From a virus (lineage: Duplodnaviria; Caudoviricetes): 34,460 nt of DNA. Both the position numbers and the translations under genes were made by a program. The DNA is taken from positions 1-34,460 of IMG/VR virus record IMGVR_UViG_3300030059_002546. One strand, written 5' to 3'. Below the pieces are notes generated by a model. The model saw only the letters and a program-made list of their open reading frames with translations, was not told the origin of the DNA and did not search any database. Positions 7,803 to 16,711 of this stretch are shown here, piece by piece (position 1 is the stretch's first letter; the number at the start of each line of letters is the position of its first letter).

Positions 7803-8729
7803 TTATATTTCCTCTAACTCTAAGTCAATAAGTGCGTGCTCTGGATGGCCTGCAGATATTCTGAATTTGCGATAAAAGCCAAGGATAAACAGAGCGTTGA
7901 AATATCCGTCTGTCGGATCATCAAGAGCGCTCCATACGGCAGGCACGGCGTTTAAATCACTGCGTACATCAATGAGTCTATTAATGAGGTTTTTATCTGT
8001 AAAAACGCGCTGTGATGTTTTTGGTATTGTGCGGCGAGGCACTAAAGTAGTGTCACCAAACTCATTGCGCTCGACGGTTGAGAAGTTCAACGCATCAGAT
8101 TCAGCCCTTGCTTCGGTTGATCCCAAATAAACTCGATTGCCAATAACCAATCCGCCGCACTTCACATCGCCAGAGTTACGGCTTATTTCAACGTGAATAA
8201 TGGCCTGGCTGAATGGGGGTAAATCTTCAAAAAAGCAGGCCTTTTGAAATACAAATGGTTTAAAGAAATAATCACTCCAGGTGACCACAGTTCTAACGAG
8301 AAGGTTTATTGTTTTGTCGTAAACTATTTCACTATCAACCTCCATCCAACACCTAACCTGCTCTGCTTGCAGGTTAAATAGCGCAACCGAACTGATACGA
8401 GTCATGGGGGTGATTTGAACATCAATTAATGAATCGTTGATCGTTTGCGTGTTTCGGATAAGCTCGAACATTTTCCAGCGGTTTATCTTGCCGATATAGT
8501 TCCAGTTCACAGGAGAGTCAACGTTGTCCTCCCACGGCTTATTGCCGGTATTGCCATCATTAACAGAGCGATAAATGTTGTTATAAAAAGTGCCGTCACC
8601 AGATATAACGATTACATATTCATCAGCGCTGTATGAGGTTGCGATATCCCACTCTGGATAATCATCCTCTGTCACGTTTGAGCCTGTTAGTCGTGCATTG
8701 GTTACAGCAACAGGAGGGATTACAATCAT
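7803..8729 (-). CDS. Tail tip/baseplate protein with N-terminal CBM5/12-like motif
   Basis: Directly follows tape measure (ATGA overlap); WDIATSYSADEYV...IYRS...N.G..P motif. Confidence 0.6.
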   Translation of the reverse strand: MIVIPPVAVTNARLTGSNVTEDDYPEWDIATSYSADEYVIVISGDGTFYNNIYRSVNDGNTGNKPWEDNVDSPVNWNYIGKINRWKMFELIRNTQTINDSLIDVQITPMTRISSVALFNLQAEQVRCWMEVDSEIVYDKTINLLVRTVVTWSDYFFKPFVFQKACFFEDLPPFSQAIIHVEISRNSGDVKCGGLVIGNRVYLGSTEARAESDALNFSTVERNEFGDTTLVPRRTIPKTSQRVFTDKNLINRLIDVRSDLNAVPAVWSALDDPTDGYFNALFILGFYRKFRISAGHPEHALIDLELEEI

Positions 8730-11700
8730 GCTGCTGACTCCGTTATTAATGAATTTCCGTCACGGGTGACACGCTCCAAAACGTCTGCGGTGGTTTTGGT
8801 GTTTCGGGCTATTTCGTTATTGCCGTATCTCAGCGCTGCAACTTCACTGCGCAATGCTGCTATCTCCTGAGCCATTGGGCGCATATCGATAAGTTGATCT
8901 TGATTAAATATCCGACTTGGCCCTGTTGCTTCAATCTCTGGGCCGTTTTCACCAACCATTCTCAGGCCGCCTGAGTGGTAACCGCCATTAGCAAAGCCCG
9001 GTATGCCGTTTTGATTAAGTGCAACCGCTCTGCGGAAATCAACAACATTGCTGAATCGGCTTGAATCTAATGAGCTTAAACTGTCAGCTAGTGCGTCTGC
9101 CTGCTCTCTGGTCTGCATAAATGCATCAACCAGCGATGGGAATACCGAGGCAAGGTTTAACCCTTCCTCTGTCATGAAATCAATTCCAGACGCTATCTGG
9201 ATTAACCCTTGAACGCTGCTTGGCACTTCAAGGCCAAATTCTTCAAACAATGCACTGGTATTGGCGCGCATCTGTTTTAATTGTTCAGTCGGATTTAACA
9301 AACCAAAGACAGCACCAGAAACCGCGCTTTTTAACTCATTTATTCCAGCGGTGTAATCGGCAAAGCCTTCACGTAATGCGAATAGTTCATAGAATGAATC
9401 GATACCAGCTTGTGTAGTGGTATCTATAGCTTTTAAAGCTTCGTCATAAGCCGTTAGACTTGCAGGCAATGCTCCGCCATAAACGGATTCCATCGCCTCA
9501 CGGATTTGCACAAGCTGCTGCCCTAGTGATTTACTACCATCAGCAGTTTGAGCAATATAGTTGACAAGCTCTCTTAATTGATCGCCTGCCGCGCCGGAAG
9601 CTAACGCAACCTGTGCAGCCTGGTTAACTGTTAACCCGAATCTTTCTGCAAGTTGCTCTTGCGCATTATTGAGATTGATTGACGCCTGAATCATTTTATT
9701 GATTGAGGCATTGTCTGTCATACCATTAAACAGTCTTTTAACCTGGCTAGGGATGTCACTTTTTTGTATGGCTTGAACTAGGTATGTTCCAACAATGCGG
9801 CCTAAAAACGCCTCTAAATTTTCCTGCCCGAATGCGTCTTTATCGCGCATAGTTCCAGTGTTAACGCCGCCACCGGAGAAGCCCCAGTAAGATGAGCCTC
9901 CATCACGCCCAGAATAGCGCGCAGTGGCATAGATATTTTTTTCTATATCAAAGCCTTTCTGCAGCGCATCAAGCGATGTGACAAACGCTGTCGTGGCGTT
10001 ACGAATACCTCCCGTTATGCTTGGATCGTATTCACCCCATCCAGTCATATTGCGGGATGATATAACGCCATTATTTGAAGATGCTGATGCGATACCACCT
10101 ACCCGGTCGGGCAAGTCGTCTCCGCCAAACAGACTGCCAACTACACTGCCAAGTGCGCCACCGATTGCCGCACCTATTGGACCGAAGAGGCTGCCAAGGT
10201 ATGTTCCTGCCGCCGTAAACGCTGCCCCCTTCACATCACCCTGAACGGCTTGCAGTATTGCTCCGGCATAAGGGAGTGCTTTTGATATGGCAACGTTGTT
10301 TTCTATTAGGAAGTTACCAAGCGTTCCTCTGATGCCTTCAAAATTACCGCCGATGGAAACACCGAGCTTTGCTATACCTTCAACTACGGCATTGTTGCCT
10401 TTCATTAAGCCCTGCTGGATAGCGCCAACGATGGTATTTCCTGCCCCTGCAACACCACCTGTTCCGCCTGCCGCCGCACCACTTTGACCAGTGCCGCCAC
10501 CACCGCCTGAAAAAGCCTGCTGAAACTGCATGACAATTGGCCGAGTAATGGCTGCATGTGCTAATTCAGCTAATAACCCCGTAAAGCTGCGTTTTAAGGT
10601 ACTGCCAAAATCCTTGAACCCATCAAAAGCAGATGTCCACAGATTGGCGAACATGTCGTCCACGCGCTCAATGCCACGCTTCCACGCTGTTTCAAATTCT
10701 GTCGCAGTATCTTTGGTTTTTCTGCCAACATCATCAAGTGAGTCAGCCAGCTGCTCATTTAACCTTTCAGCGTCCTGCTTGCTGATTAAGCCTTTTTTGA
10801 GCAAGTCGTTTATTATCTTCTCTTGCTTGATCCATTCATTCGTTTGAGCAATTAAAGGATTTAATGACCCTTCAAGCTTTTCCACCGCCTCCATGTCAGC
10901 TATAAGGCTAGACATAAACTGATCGTCTGCTGCTGTTTTTAACGTGATACCGTTTGTTTTTAATGCTTCAGTCTGGTCATAAAGGCTTGCGGCAACTTCT
11001 CTTATCGATTGCGCGTATTGGTGGTTATCGCTGACACCAAGCTTTATTTGTTCGTTATAGATAAACTGCTCGCGCTCAGACATGGTGAGCATTTTGGTTT
11101 GAGTTTCTAAATCTGTTAGCAGTTCTTTATATTTTTCAGAAAGCTTTTGTGCAGCCTTCCCGTGATTTTCAGTTGATTCAGCGGCCTGCGTTTCTGCTTG
11201 TGCAATATTTTCAGTGACTAGAACAGTGCCACGTAATACAGATTCATATTCTGAAATCTGCGCCCGTAATTCTGCGATCCTTGCCGCATTGCCGCGTGAC
11301 ATTTGACCGCGACCAGAATTTCCGTCAAGAAGTGATTCTAATTCGGCGCGTGACGATACCAGCGCATCAGCAACAGCATCCAAATCGCCAGCATCTGCTT
11401 TTAAAAGTGCAAGCTCTGCCCTGGCAGTTGCTAATTGTTGCTGTAATGCAGATTCTTGTGCGCCCGCTGAACGTCCAAAGAAACGACTACTAGAAAGCCG
11501 TTCTTCAAGGCTCGCGATTTCTTCTTCAAGTGACGCAATGGTTTGTCCGCCAACCGCCTCAGTAATCTTGTTAATGAACTCGGTTAGCCATTGAGTTGAA
11601 CTGCGTAATGCAGGTTCAAGCTTTTCTCCAAAGGTAATACTTAAGCCTTCAATAGCACTATCCAGCTCTAGGCCATCGCCTTTAAGCGTGTCCATTCTTA

Positions 11701-12670
11701 TGGAGGCTTGCTCTGTAGCGGTTTCAGTGCCGCGTAACTGTGAGTTTAATTTTTCAACGTTACCAGCCTGGGTTAATAGTGCTGTACCGGCTGTAAAGGC
11801 TTCGTCACCGAATAGCTCCATTAATTCAGTGTTTGAAAGATTTCTTCTTTCAAGTTCAAGTAATGCGCCGGTTAAACCAACAACAGATGGCTGCAATTGG
11901 GCGTCTGCTGTCTTTTCAAGCCGTAACAGTACCTGGCGCAAGCCTGTGCCCGCATCAGCGCCTTGACGCCCTGCTATGGCTAAGCCTTGAATACCGGCAA
12001 CCGTTTCAGCGAGATCAACACTTAATGCGTTGGCTGCTGGACCAGCATTTCTTAAGGCTTCTGTAACGGCTGGTATTTCAGCCGCACCGAATTTGGCAGA
12101 TGCGGCCAGAATATTAATGACTTCATTCGATTTGGTAGCGTCAAGTTGAAACTGGTTTAATGCGCTACCCAAGGCTGATGCAGCATTAGGTAAGTCAATC
12201 CCAGCTGCCTCAGCCAAGGTAACAGCTTCTCTGGTAACCTGATTTAAAGCGTCAGCACTGCCAAGCAAGTCGGGCTTAGCTGAACCAATCAGTTTAAAGG
12301 CTTCAACAGCCTGAGAGGCGCTTAACGACGTGGTTCTCCCTATCTCCTGTGCCTGTTCACTGTAAAAGGCTAAGTCACGCCCTGCGGCTCCTGTAATAGC
12401 AGACAAATCAGCAATAGACTGTCCGAACTGAGATATGTCGCGACGCGCCTTGCTAACCAGTGCGCCTGCCGCTGCAACCGCCGCAATACCTGCTGCCGCA
12501 CCCAAAGCTGCAACCTTTATGCGTGAATAGTCACGCACCATTGCTGTGGTTGATTGTTTTGTAGTGCGCTCAGCCGTTTGACCTTTACGGCTTAAATTGT
12601 CAAATTCACGGCCAGCTTTGGATAGATCGCTTGTGTCGGCTTTAAAGCCAATACTCACTAAATCAGTCAT
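8726..12670 (-). CDS. Tape measure protein (TP901-like core)
   Basis: 1314 aa, Ala-rich helical; GADAGTGLR core motif; C-terminal FANGG...MVGENGPE; follows tail chaperones. Confidence 0.95.
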   Translation of the reverse strand: MTDLVSIGFKADTSDLSKAGREFDNLSRKGQTAERTTKQSTTAMVRDYSRIKVAALGAAAGIAAVAAAGALVSKARRDISQFGQSIADLSAITGAAGRDLAFYSEQAQEIGRTTSLSASQAVEAFKLIGSAKPDLLGSADALNQVTREAVTLAEAAGIDLPNAASALGSALNQFQLDATKSNEVINILAASAKFGAAEIPAVTEALRNAGPAANALSVDLAETVAGIQGLAIAGRQGADAGTGLRQVLLRLEKTADAQLQPSVVGLTGALLELERRNLSNTELMELFGDEAFTAGTALLTQAGNVEKLNSQLRGTETATEQASIRMDTLKGDGLELDSAIEGLSITFGEKLEPALRSSTQWLTEFINKITEAVGGQTIASLEEEIASLEERLSSSRFFGRSAGAQESALQQQLATARAELALLKADAGDLDAVADALVSSRAELESLLDGNSGRGQMSRGNAARIAELRAQISEYESVLRGTVLVTENIAQAETQAAESTENHGKAAQKLSEKYKELLTDLETQTKMLTMSEREQFIYNEQIKLGVSDNHQYAQSIREVAASLYDQTEALKTNGITLKTAADDQFMSSLIADMEAVEKLEGSLNPLIAQTNEWIKQEKIINDLLKKGLISKQDAERLNEQLADSLDDVGRKTKDTATEFETAWKRGIERVDDMFANLWTSAFDGFKDFGSTLKRSFTGLLAELAHAAITRPIVMQFQQAFSGGGGGTGQSGAAAGGTGGVAGAGNTIVGAIQQGLMKGNNAVVEGIAKLGVSIGGNFEGIRGTLGNFLIENNVAISKALPYAGAILQAVQGDVKGAAFTAAGTYLGSLFGPIGAAIGGALGSVVGSLFGGDDLPDRVGGIASASSNNGVISSRNMTGWGEYDPSITGGIRNATTAFVTSLDALQKGFDIEKNIYATARYSGRDGGSSYWGFSGGGVNTGTMRDKDAFGQENLEAFLGRIVGTYLVQAIQKSDIPSQVKRLFNGMTDNASINKMIQASINLNNAQEQLAERFGLTVNQAAQVALASGAAGDQLRELVNYIAQTADGSKSLGQQLVQIREAMESVYGGALPASLTAYDEALKAIDTTTQAGIDSFYELFALREGFADYTAGINELKSAVSGAVFGLLNPTEQLKQMRANTSALFEEFGLEVPSSVQGLIQIASGIDFMTEEGLNLASVFPSLVDAFMQTREQADALADSLSSLDSSRFSNVVDFRRAVALNQNGIPGFANGGYHSGGLRMVGENGPEIEATGPSRIFNQDQLIDMRPMAQEIAALRSEVAALRYGNNEIARNTKTTADVLERVTRDGNSLITESAA

Positions 12671-12682
12671 GCTCGCCGCCTT

Positions 12683-13123
12683 TTAGGTAATTTTTCCAAA
12701 CACGTCTTTAATGCCTTTACTCAGCACTTCACGCCAAGACGTGATCTTGCTTTCATCCGCATAGGGAGCCGGATAGGTTTTCTGTTTTGATTTTTGCGAC
12801 ATCACGGCATATTCCCGCGACATCAATATGATTTGCTCGGACTCCCAGCCCGAAAGCGGTACACCTGATTGCTGGCAATAGCTTTGGACATCGCCCCAAG
12901 TAAATGGAGTAATCCCCATGCTGCCTTGATTGATTTGCCCCATACGGGAAAAGTGATGCGCCAGGTCTTCAGCGTTTTCGATTTCCGGCAACGCTTTGAA
13001 TGGTGATTCATCTTCCAGCGTTTTTATTCGTGGCTCTGTATCTTTATCTTTCACTGACGGCGCTGTATGCAGCCATGCCAATTGCGCTGCATACAGTTTT
13101 AGTTTGTCCGTCAGCTCTTGATA
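12683..13123 (-). CDS. Tail assembly chaperone, frameshift extension (gpT-like)
   Basis: -1 frame open from the slippery site through YQELTDKLKLYAAQLAWLH...; PFTWGDVQSY...LSGWESEQIILMSREY motif. Confidence 0.85.
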   Translation of the reverse strand, partial: YQELTDKLKLYAAQLAWLHTAPSVKDKDTEPRIKTLEDESPFKALPEIENAEDLAHHFSRMGQINQGSMGITPFTWGDVQSYCQQSGVPLSGWESEQIILMSREYAVMSQKSKQKTYPAPYADESKITSWREVLSKGIKDVFGKIT

Positions 13124-13536
13124 AAATTTTCCTGCTCAGCAATGAAGTTGCCGACCTGAACACGAATATCTTTGAAGCTTTTATAAAGGTTCACAGCATT
13201 TTCAAAAGTGAACGGCATGGCATTACCTTCTTTGTCTGGAATATTCTCCCAGCCAACCGTTAATTTTGCGTAAAGCTCGCAAGCGTCCTGGATGGATTGC
13301 TCAATATCAATATCATCCTTTTTATTGCTCTTACGGCGAGCGCGGGCTTTAACCTGAACGTATTTGGTGTATTCGTCAGAATCAAGACCGAGCAAAGTGA
13401 TCGTAAGTGGTTTTTTAGGGTTTTTAACGCCTTCATCAAGATAGGCTGGGACCCCAGAGCCGGGAACAGTTAAATGTAAAACTGCACCACTGTTAGCCTG
13501 AGAAACCGTGTCAAAAACTGATAAATTTAAAGCCAT
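13111..13536 (-). CDS. Tail assembly chaperone (gpG-like)
   Basis: Between tail tube and tape measure; ITLLGLDS, TVGWENI, ENF end motif. Confidence 0.88.
   Translation of the reverse strand: MALNLSVFDTVSQANSGAVLHLTVPGSGVPAYLDEGVKNPKKPLTITLLGLDSDEYTKYVQVKARARRKSNKKDDIDIEQSIQDACELYAKLTVGWENIPDKEGNAMPFTFENAVNLYKSFKDIRVQVGNFIAEQENFIKS
13123..13129 (-). other. -1 ribosomal frameshift heptamer A AAT TTT
   Basis: GAA AAT TTT ATC AAG AGC TGA fits X XXY YYZ in frame, and the -1 frame joins the downstream ORF. Confidence 0.85.
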
Positions 13537-13539
13537 AAT

Positions 13540-13630
13540 TATTCATCCTACATCCGAGATAATGAATTGCGCGGCAGCGCGGGCCGGATGAAAAAACCGC
13601 GTTTTCGATTGCGCCAATCTAGCCGCACAA
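13540..13630 (-). promoter_or_regulatory. Structured 5' leader (three-way junction with anti-RBS loop) of the tail chaperone gene
   Basis: TTGTGCGGC/GCCGCGCAA, GATTG/CAATC and CGCGG/CCGCG stems; loop TTCATCC complementary to GGATGAA at the RBS. Confidence 0.55.
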
Positions 13631-13638
13631 ACAGGTAC

Positions 13639-13659
13639 AAAAAAACCCGCATAAGCGGG
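13639..13659 (-). terminator. Intrinsic terminator after major tail tube gene
   Basis: CCCGC-TTAT-GCGGG-TTTTTTT. Confidence 0.8.
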
Positions 13660-13686
13660 CCTGTGTCGTTTTCTTTGGTTATGCGA

Positions 13687-14145
13687 TTATGGTGTTGGTA
13701 AAACCCGAACCACGATTGAATTGATTTCAACACTGGCCGTACTGCCTACCATTGAATTAGCTGAACCAGGGTTTGTGGTATAACTGAAAACCTTGCCAGT
13801 GAAGTAATCAATCGAACCGTCTTGATATTCGATACTGAAGGAATGCTCATCATTCTTGGTTGAACCCGTAACACCATCAGACAAAATAACCTGGCCAGCG
13901 TCAGCAACATCCTGTGCCAGCTGTAATGCTGTTGAGCCGTAGTTAATAAAGCCTTTGAATTTCTGAGTAACGCCGGTTTTAAGCGGGTTATGCTCAACGA
14001 CCTGAACATTGGGGCCGTACTCTGGAATATCGGTAACCTCACCCACTTCAACAAACGTTAAAGCGCCGAAGCCTGCTGCATCGATGGTTGCTGGTTCGTC
14101 AGCGACTACCGATAAGATTGTGCCTGTGCTTGTTAAAACACTCAT
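13687..14145 (-). CDS. Major tail tube protein
   Basis: Canonical position; VGEVTDIPEYG, KFKGFINYG, DAGQ, YFTGKVFS motifs. Confidence 0.9.
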   Translation of the reverse strand: MSVLTSTGTILSVVADEPATIDAAGFGALTFVEVGEVTDIPEYGPNVQVVEHNPLKTGVTQKFKGFINYGSTALQLAQDVADAGQVILSDGVTGSTKNDEHSFSIEYQDGSIDYFTGKVFSYTTNPGSANSMVGSTASVEINSIVVRVLPTP

Positions 14146-14208
14146 TGGTAAATCCTCTTAGTTGTGTACACAAAAATCATCCGGTTTTATCGGTAGAGCG
14201 GCGCGCTC

Positions 14209-14622
14209 TTATCTGATATGGAAAGCATCAAAACGTAACTCAATCATGATCCCGTACCACACGTCTTCGTCAGGCTTTGGCTTGACGGTTGACTCAAACG
14301 TGCGTAACTGGAAGCCGCTTTCGGTTATATCTTGATGTGAAATGTCTTGGCTGATTGCATCTGCTTTGGTCAGCGATGTGATAACGCCGCTACCTTTCGG
14401 TGCGAATAAATCAATCTGAGCAATGCCATTCATGCGGTCTTTGCCGTTGCCGTAAGTGAAAAACGACAGATCACCACTGAGTAGAGTTATGCGCGCCCAA
14501 AGTTCGTTATCAGGGGTTTCAAAACTACCATTTGGCACTTTAATCTTGCTGATTCCGGCTGCTGTGATGGCGTTTACCAGTAGCGTTGTCAGGATGTTGC
14601 GTTGCTGTAGGTTATTTGCCAT
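14209..14622 (-). CDS. Tail terminator protein (DUF4128-like)
   Basis: PNGSFETP, WARITLL, GIAQIDLFAPKGSG motifs; precedes tail tube. Confidence 0.8.
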   Translation of the reverse strand: MANNLQQRNILTTLLVNAITAAGISKIKVPNGSFETPDNELWARITLLSGDLSFFTYGNGKDRMNGIAQIDLFAPKGSGVITSLTKADAISQDISHQDITESGFQLRTFESTVKPKPDEDVWYGIMIELRFDAFHIR

Positions 14623-14764
14623 AAATAAGACCAAATAATGAACTAACACTGCCAACACGTTTATAAATTGCTATACCAAAAAGAGTGGTCAGCTCAATAT
14701 CACCAACGCGCTGATAAACCAAGCTGCCCCAAAGCATTTCTTTGTGCTCAGTATCACTAGCCAT
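14612..14764 (-). CDS. 50-aa hypothetical protein with internal repeat, not in ORF track
   Basis: MASDTEHKEMLWGSLVYQRVGDIELTTLFGIAIYKRVGSVSSLFGLIYGK*; overlaps both neighbours. Confidence 0.6.
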   Translation of the reverse strand: MASDTEHKEMLWGSLVYQRVGDIELTTLFGIAIYKRVGSVSSLFGLIYGK

Positions 14765-14960
14765 TACGGTTTGCCGAATTAAATGTAAGTGTCACTTGCG
14801 TTAGCTCGCCCACACCACTTGAAGCGGAAACGTTTAATTGGTCAGGTATCATGTGTCCATACTGATCAACCACAATCAAAACACCGTCCACCTCCATAAT
14901 TGAAAGCCTTGTGTTGCTTTCTTTTGGAAATCTTGCGTTAGTCGGAAATGCTAAAGCCAT
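14757..14960 (-). CDS. Hypothetical protein (67 aa)
   Basis: Start MALAF via TAATG overlap, GAGGGG RBS. Confidence 0.6.
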   Translation of the reverse strand: MALAFPTNARFPKESNTRLSIMEVDGVLIVVDQYGHMIPDQLNVSASSGVGELTQVTLTFNSANRNG

Positions 14961-15319
14961 TACAACCCCCTCACCTGAATAATCCAAACCGCATCGGCTG
15001 CATCTTTTTCAGCACGAACCACCTGACAATCAACACCATCGACATTAACTTTCAGGCCGTCTGTTTTTGGGTTTATCTCTGTGAAATTATTTACCAAGGC
15101 GAGCAGTTTAAAATCGCGTGACTGGATGGCTTGGCCATCAATTTGTCTTGCTTGATATTCTTCACGAACTGCATCTACCGTTTCAGTAGCGCCGCCGGTT
15201 TCTTGCTCTGTAATTGGATCAACAGCACCCGGCAAAGTAAATACACGCGGCAGGAAGAAATCAGAAAAGGTGGTTTTAATGTCCGCTGCTATACCTTGGA
15301 AATCAGCGCGTGTAACCAT
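14960..15319 (-). CDS. Putative head closure (stopper) protein
   Basis: IDGQAIQSRDFKLL and WIIQVR motifs; neck region. Confidence 0.75.
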   Translation of the reverse strand: MVTRADFQGIAADIKTTFSDFFLPRVFTLPGAVDPITEQETGGATETVDAVREEYQARQIDGQAIQSRDFKLLALVNNFTEINPKTDGLKVNVDGVDCQVVRAEKDAADAVWIIQVRGL

Positions 15320-15338
15320 TTTCCAATCTCCAGATAAT

Positions 15339-15361
15339 AAAAAACCCCAATTAAGGGGTTT
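15339..15361 (-). terminator. Intrinsic terminator within neck module
   Basis: AAACCCC-TTAATT-GGGGTTT-TTT. Confidence 0.8.
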
Positions 15362-15379
15362 CTAGTAAATTTGTTTTGT

Positions 15380-15778
15380 TTAGCTGTACCGCTTAACCGC
15401 TCTCGCCACAATGCCAGGAAAGTCCGGTGTGGATGTTTTAACCATGCCTAACGGTGCCTGCTCAGACCAGCCATTTTCTAGCGGCTCTGCATAAGGCTGG
15501 TTATTTACGAAATAAAACTCTGATCCTAACTTTAAGCCTGCCAATGCTGTTTCTAATTTGCCGGTTGAATCGCTACCGGATTTATTCTGAATATCTGGGA
15601 CCGTATTATCCGGCGAACCATAACTAGAAAGCCATGAGTTACGAAACAAGCCATCCCTTACAGGAGACTTGGCAACTATTCTTGCACCTAGCGTTTGCAG
15701 TGCTTCTCCGGCGACTTTCTCCAAATCACCATTAGCACGTTTGGCAATGGCATCAATTTGAGCCTTTACTGATTTCAC
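15380..15778 (-). CDS. HK97 gp10-like tail completion/neck protein
   Basis: SPVRDGLFRNSW, NNQPYAEPLENGWSEQAPLGMV. Confidence 0.88.
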   Translation of the reverse strand: MKSVKAQIDAIAKRANGDLEKVAGEALQTLGARIVAKSPVRDGLFRNSWLSSYGSPDNTVPDIQNKSGSDSTGKLETALAGLKLGSEFYFVNNQPYAEPLENGWSEQAPLGMVKTSTPDFPGIVARAVKRYS

Positions 15779-16263
15779 CAGCGTTTAACCGTTCCCATAC
15801 CCTGTGCAAGCGTGTAAGGCTGCAATAACCTGTCAATCATGACTGTAGGGTATGTGCTTGTGCGTTCATAGCCCTCAGCATAGGTTCTGCTGGTCGATAG
15901 ACTACCAACCGAATCAGACTTGCTTGAAACCGGGCCAGCACTGGTTAGCTCAGTCGGATTGACAAATAATCTGTTTTTTAACTGTAATAGTGCGGCCTCA
16001 TAACAGGCCAGCTTGATTTTGTTATTAATCGACACTTCATTGGTAGGTAACTGCATGGCTTGATCGGCCTCTAATGCATCACCTTTGAACGTATAAAACG
16101 TGTCGATGTAGTTCACCGAAGCCACGACAATAGCCGCTTGCTGTGCAGTTTCATCAAAGGCAGATATATCCTCGCCCCTATCTGATGCAAACGCTTGAAA
16201 TTCTTCTGCACTGATTAGTGCATTTGAGTTATCTAAGCCTGTGCCGTCTTCGACTGTGAACAT
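15775..16263 (-). CDS. Head-tail adaptor (DnaT-like family)
   Basis: MFTVEDGTGLDNSNALIS, FKG...QAMQLP, IKLACYEAAL, VGSLS, IDRLLQPY. Confidence 0.85.
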   Translation of the reverse strand: MFTVEDGTGLDNSNALISAEEFQAFASDRGEDISAFDETAQQAAIVVASVNYIDTFYTFKGDALEADQAMQLPTNEVSINNKIKLACYEAALLQLKNRLFVNPTELTSAGPVSSKSDSVGSLSTSRTYAEGYERTSTYPTVMIDRLLQPYTLAQGMGTVKRW

Positions 16264-16361
16264 TATGCGTTAGCCTTCCGACGCTTGCGTGCCAGTTGAC
16301 TTAGATACGCCTTTACCGCTGCGCTTTGGGGTTGGGCGAACTTCATCTGTTGTGCTTTCAT
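16263..16361 (-). CDS. 32-aa basic peptide, not in ORF track
   Basis: MKAQQMKFAQPQSAAVKAYLSQLARKRRKANA*; ATGA overlap upstream, TAATG overlap downstream, GAAGG RBS. Confidence 0.6.
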   Translation of the reverse strand: MKAQQMKFAQPQSAAVKAYLSQLARKRRKANA

Positions 16362-16663
16362 TTATTACCTTCCCGAATTAATAAATTCTTTTCTGCACGG
16401 TATTTGTTTTTTAATGACAAATAAGATTTTTCATCAACTGCATATCCTGGAATTAACCCATCCTTGTTTTTCTCTAAAGGCTTATCCGAAAGCTCTTTTT
16501 GATTAATGTATGCCTGAACGCCCGTAACCTTTTTCTCAGCATCCACCGATAAAGACTTTAATAATGCCGCTAATTCTGCATTTTTTAAGTTATCTGTAAC
16601 CGCGTCAGGTTTAATTGACTTGATTTTAGCTGTCAGCTCTTTATTTGAAGCCATGATTTTCAC
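16358..16663 (-). CDS. Hypothetical protein downstream of capsid gene
   Basis: Lys-rich ORF; LKNAELAALL resembles Rho-N/HeH-like helical motif. Confidence 0.65.
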   Translation of the reverse strand: MKIMASNKELTAKIKSIKPDAVTDNLKNAELAALLKSLSVDAEKKVTGVQAYINQKELSDKPLEKNKDGLIPGYAVDEKSYLSLKNKYRAEKNLLIREGNK

Positions 16664-16671
16664 CTCTAAAG

Positions 16672-16696
16672 AAAAGCCCGCACATGGCGGGCTTTC
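16672..16696 (-). terminator. Intrinsic terminator after major capsid gene
   Basis: AAAGCCCGC-CATGT-GCGGGCTTTT. Confidence 0.85.
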
Positions 16697-16711
16697 AATT
16701 AACGCCTATGG

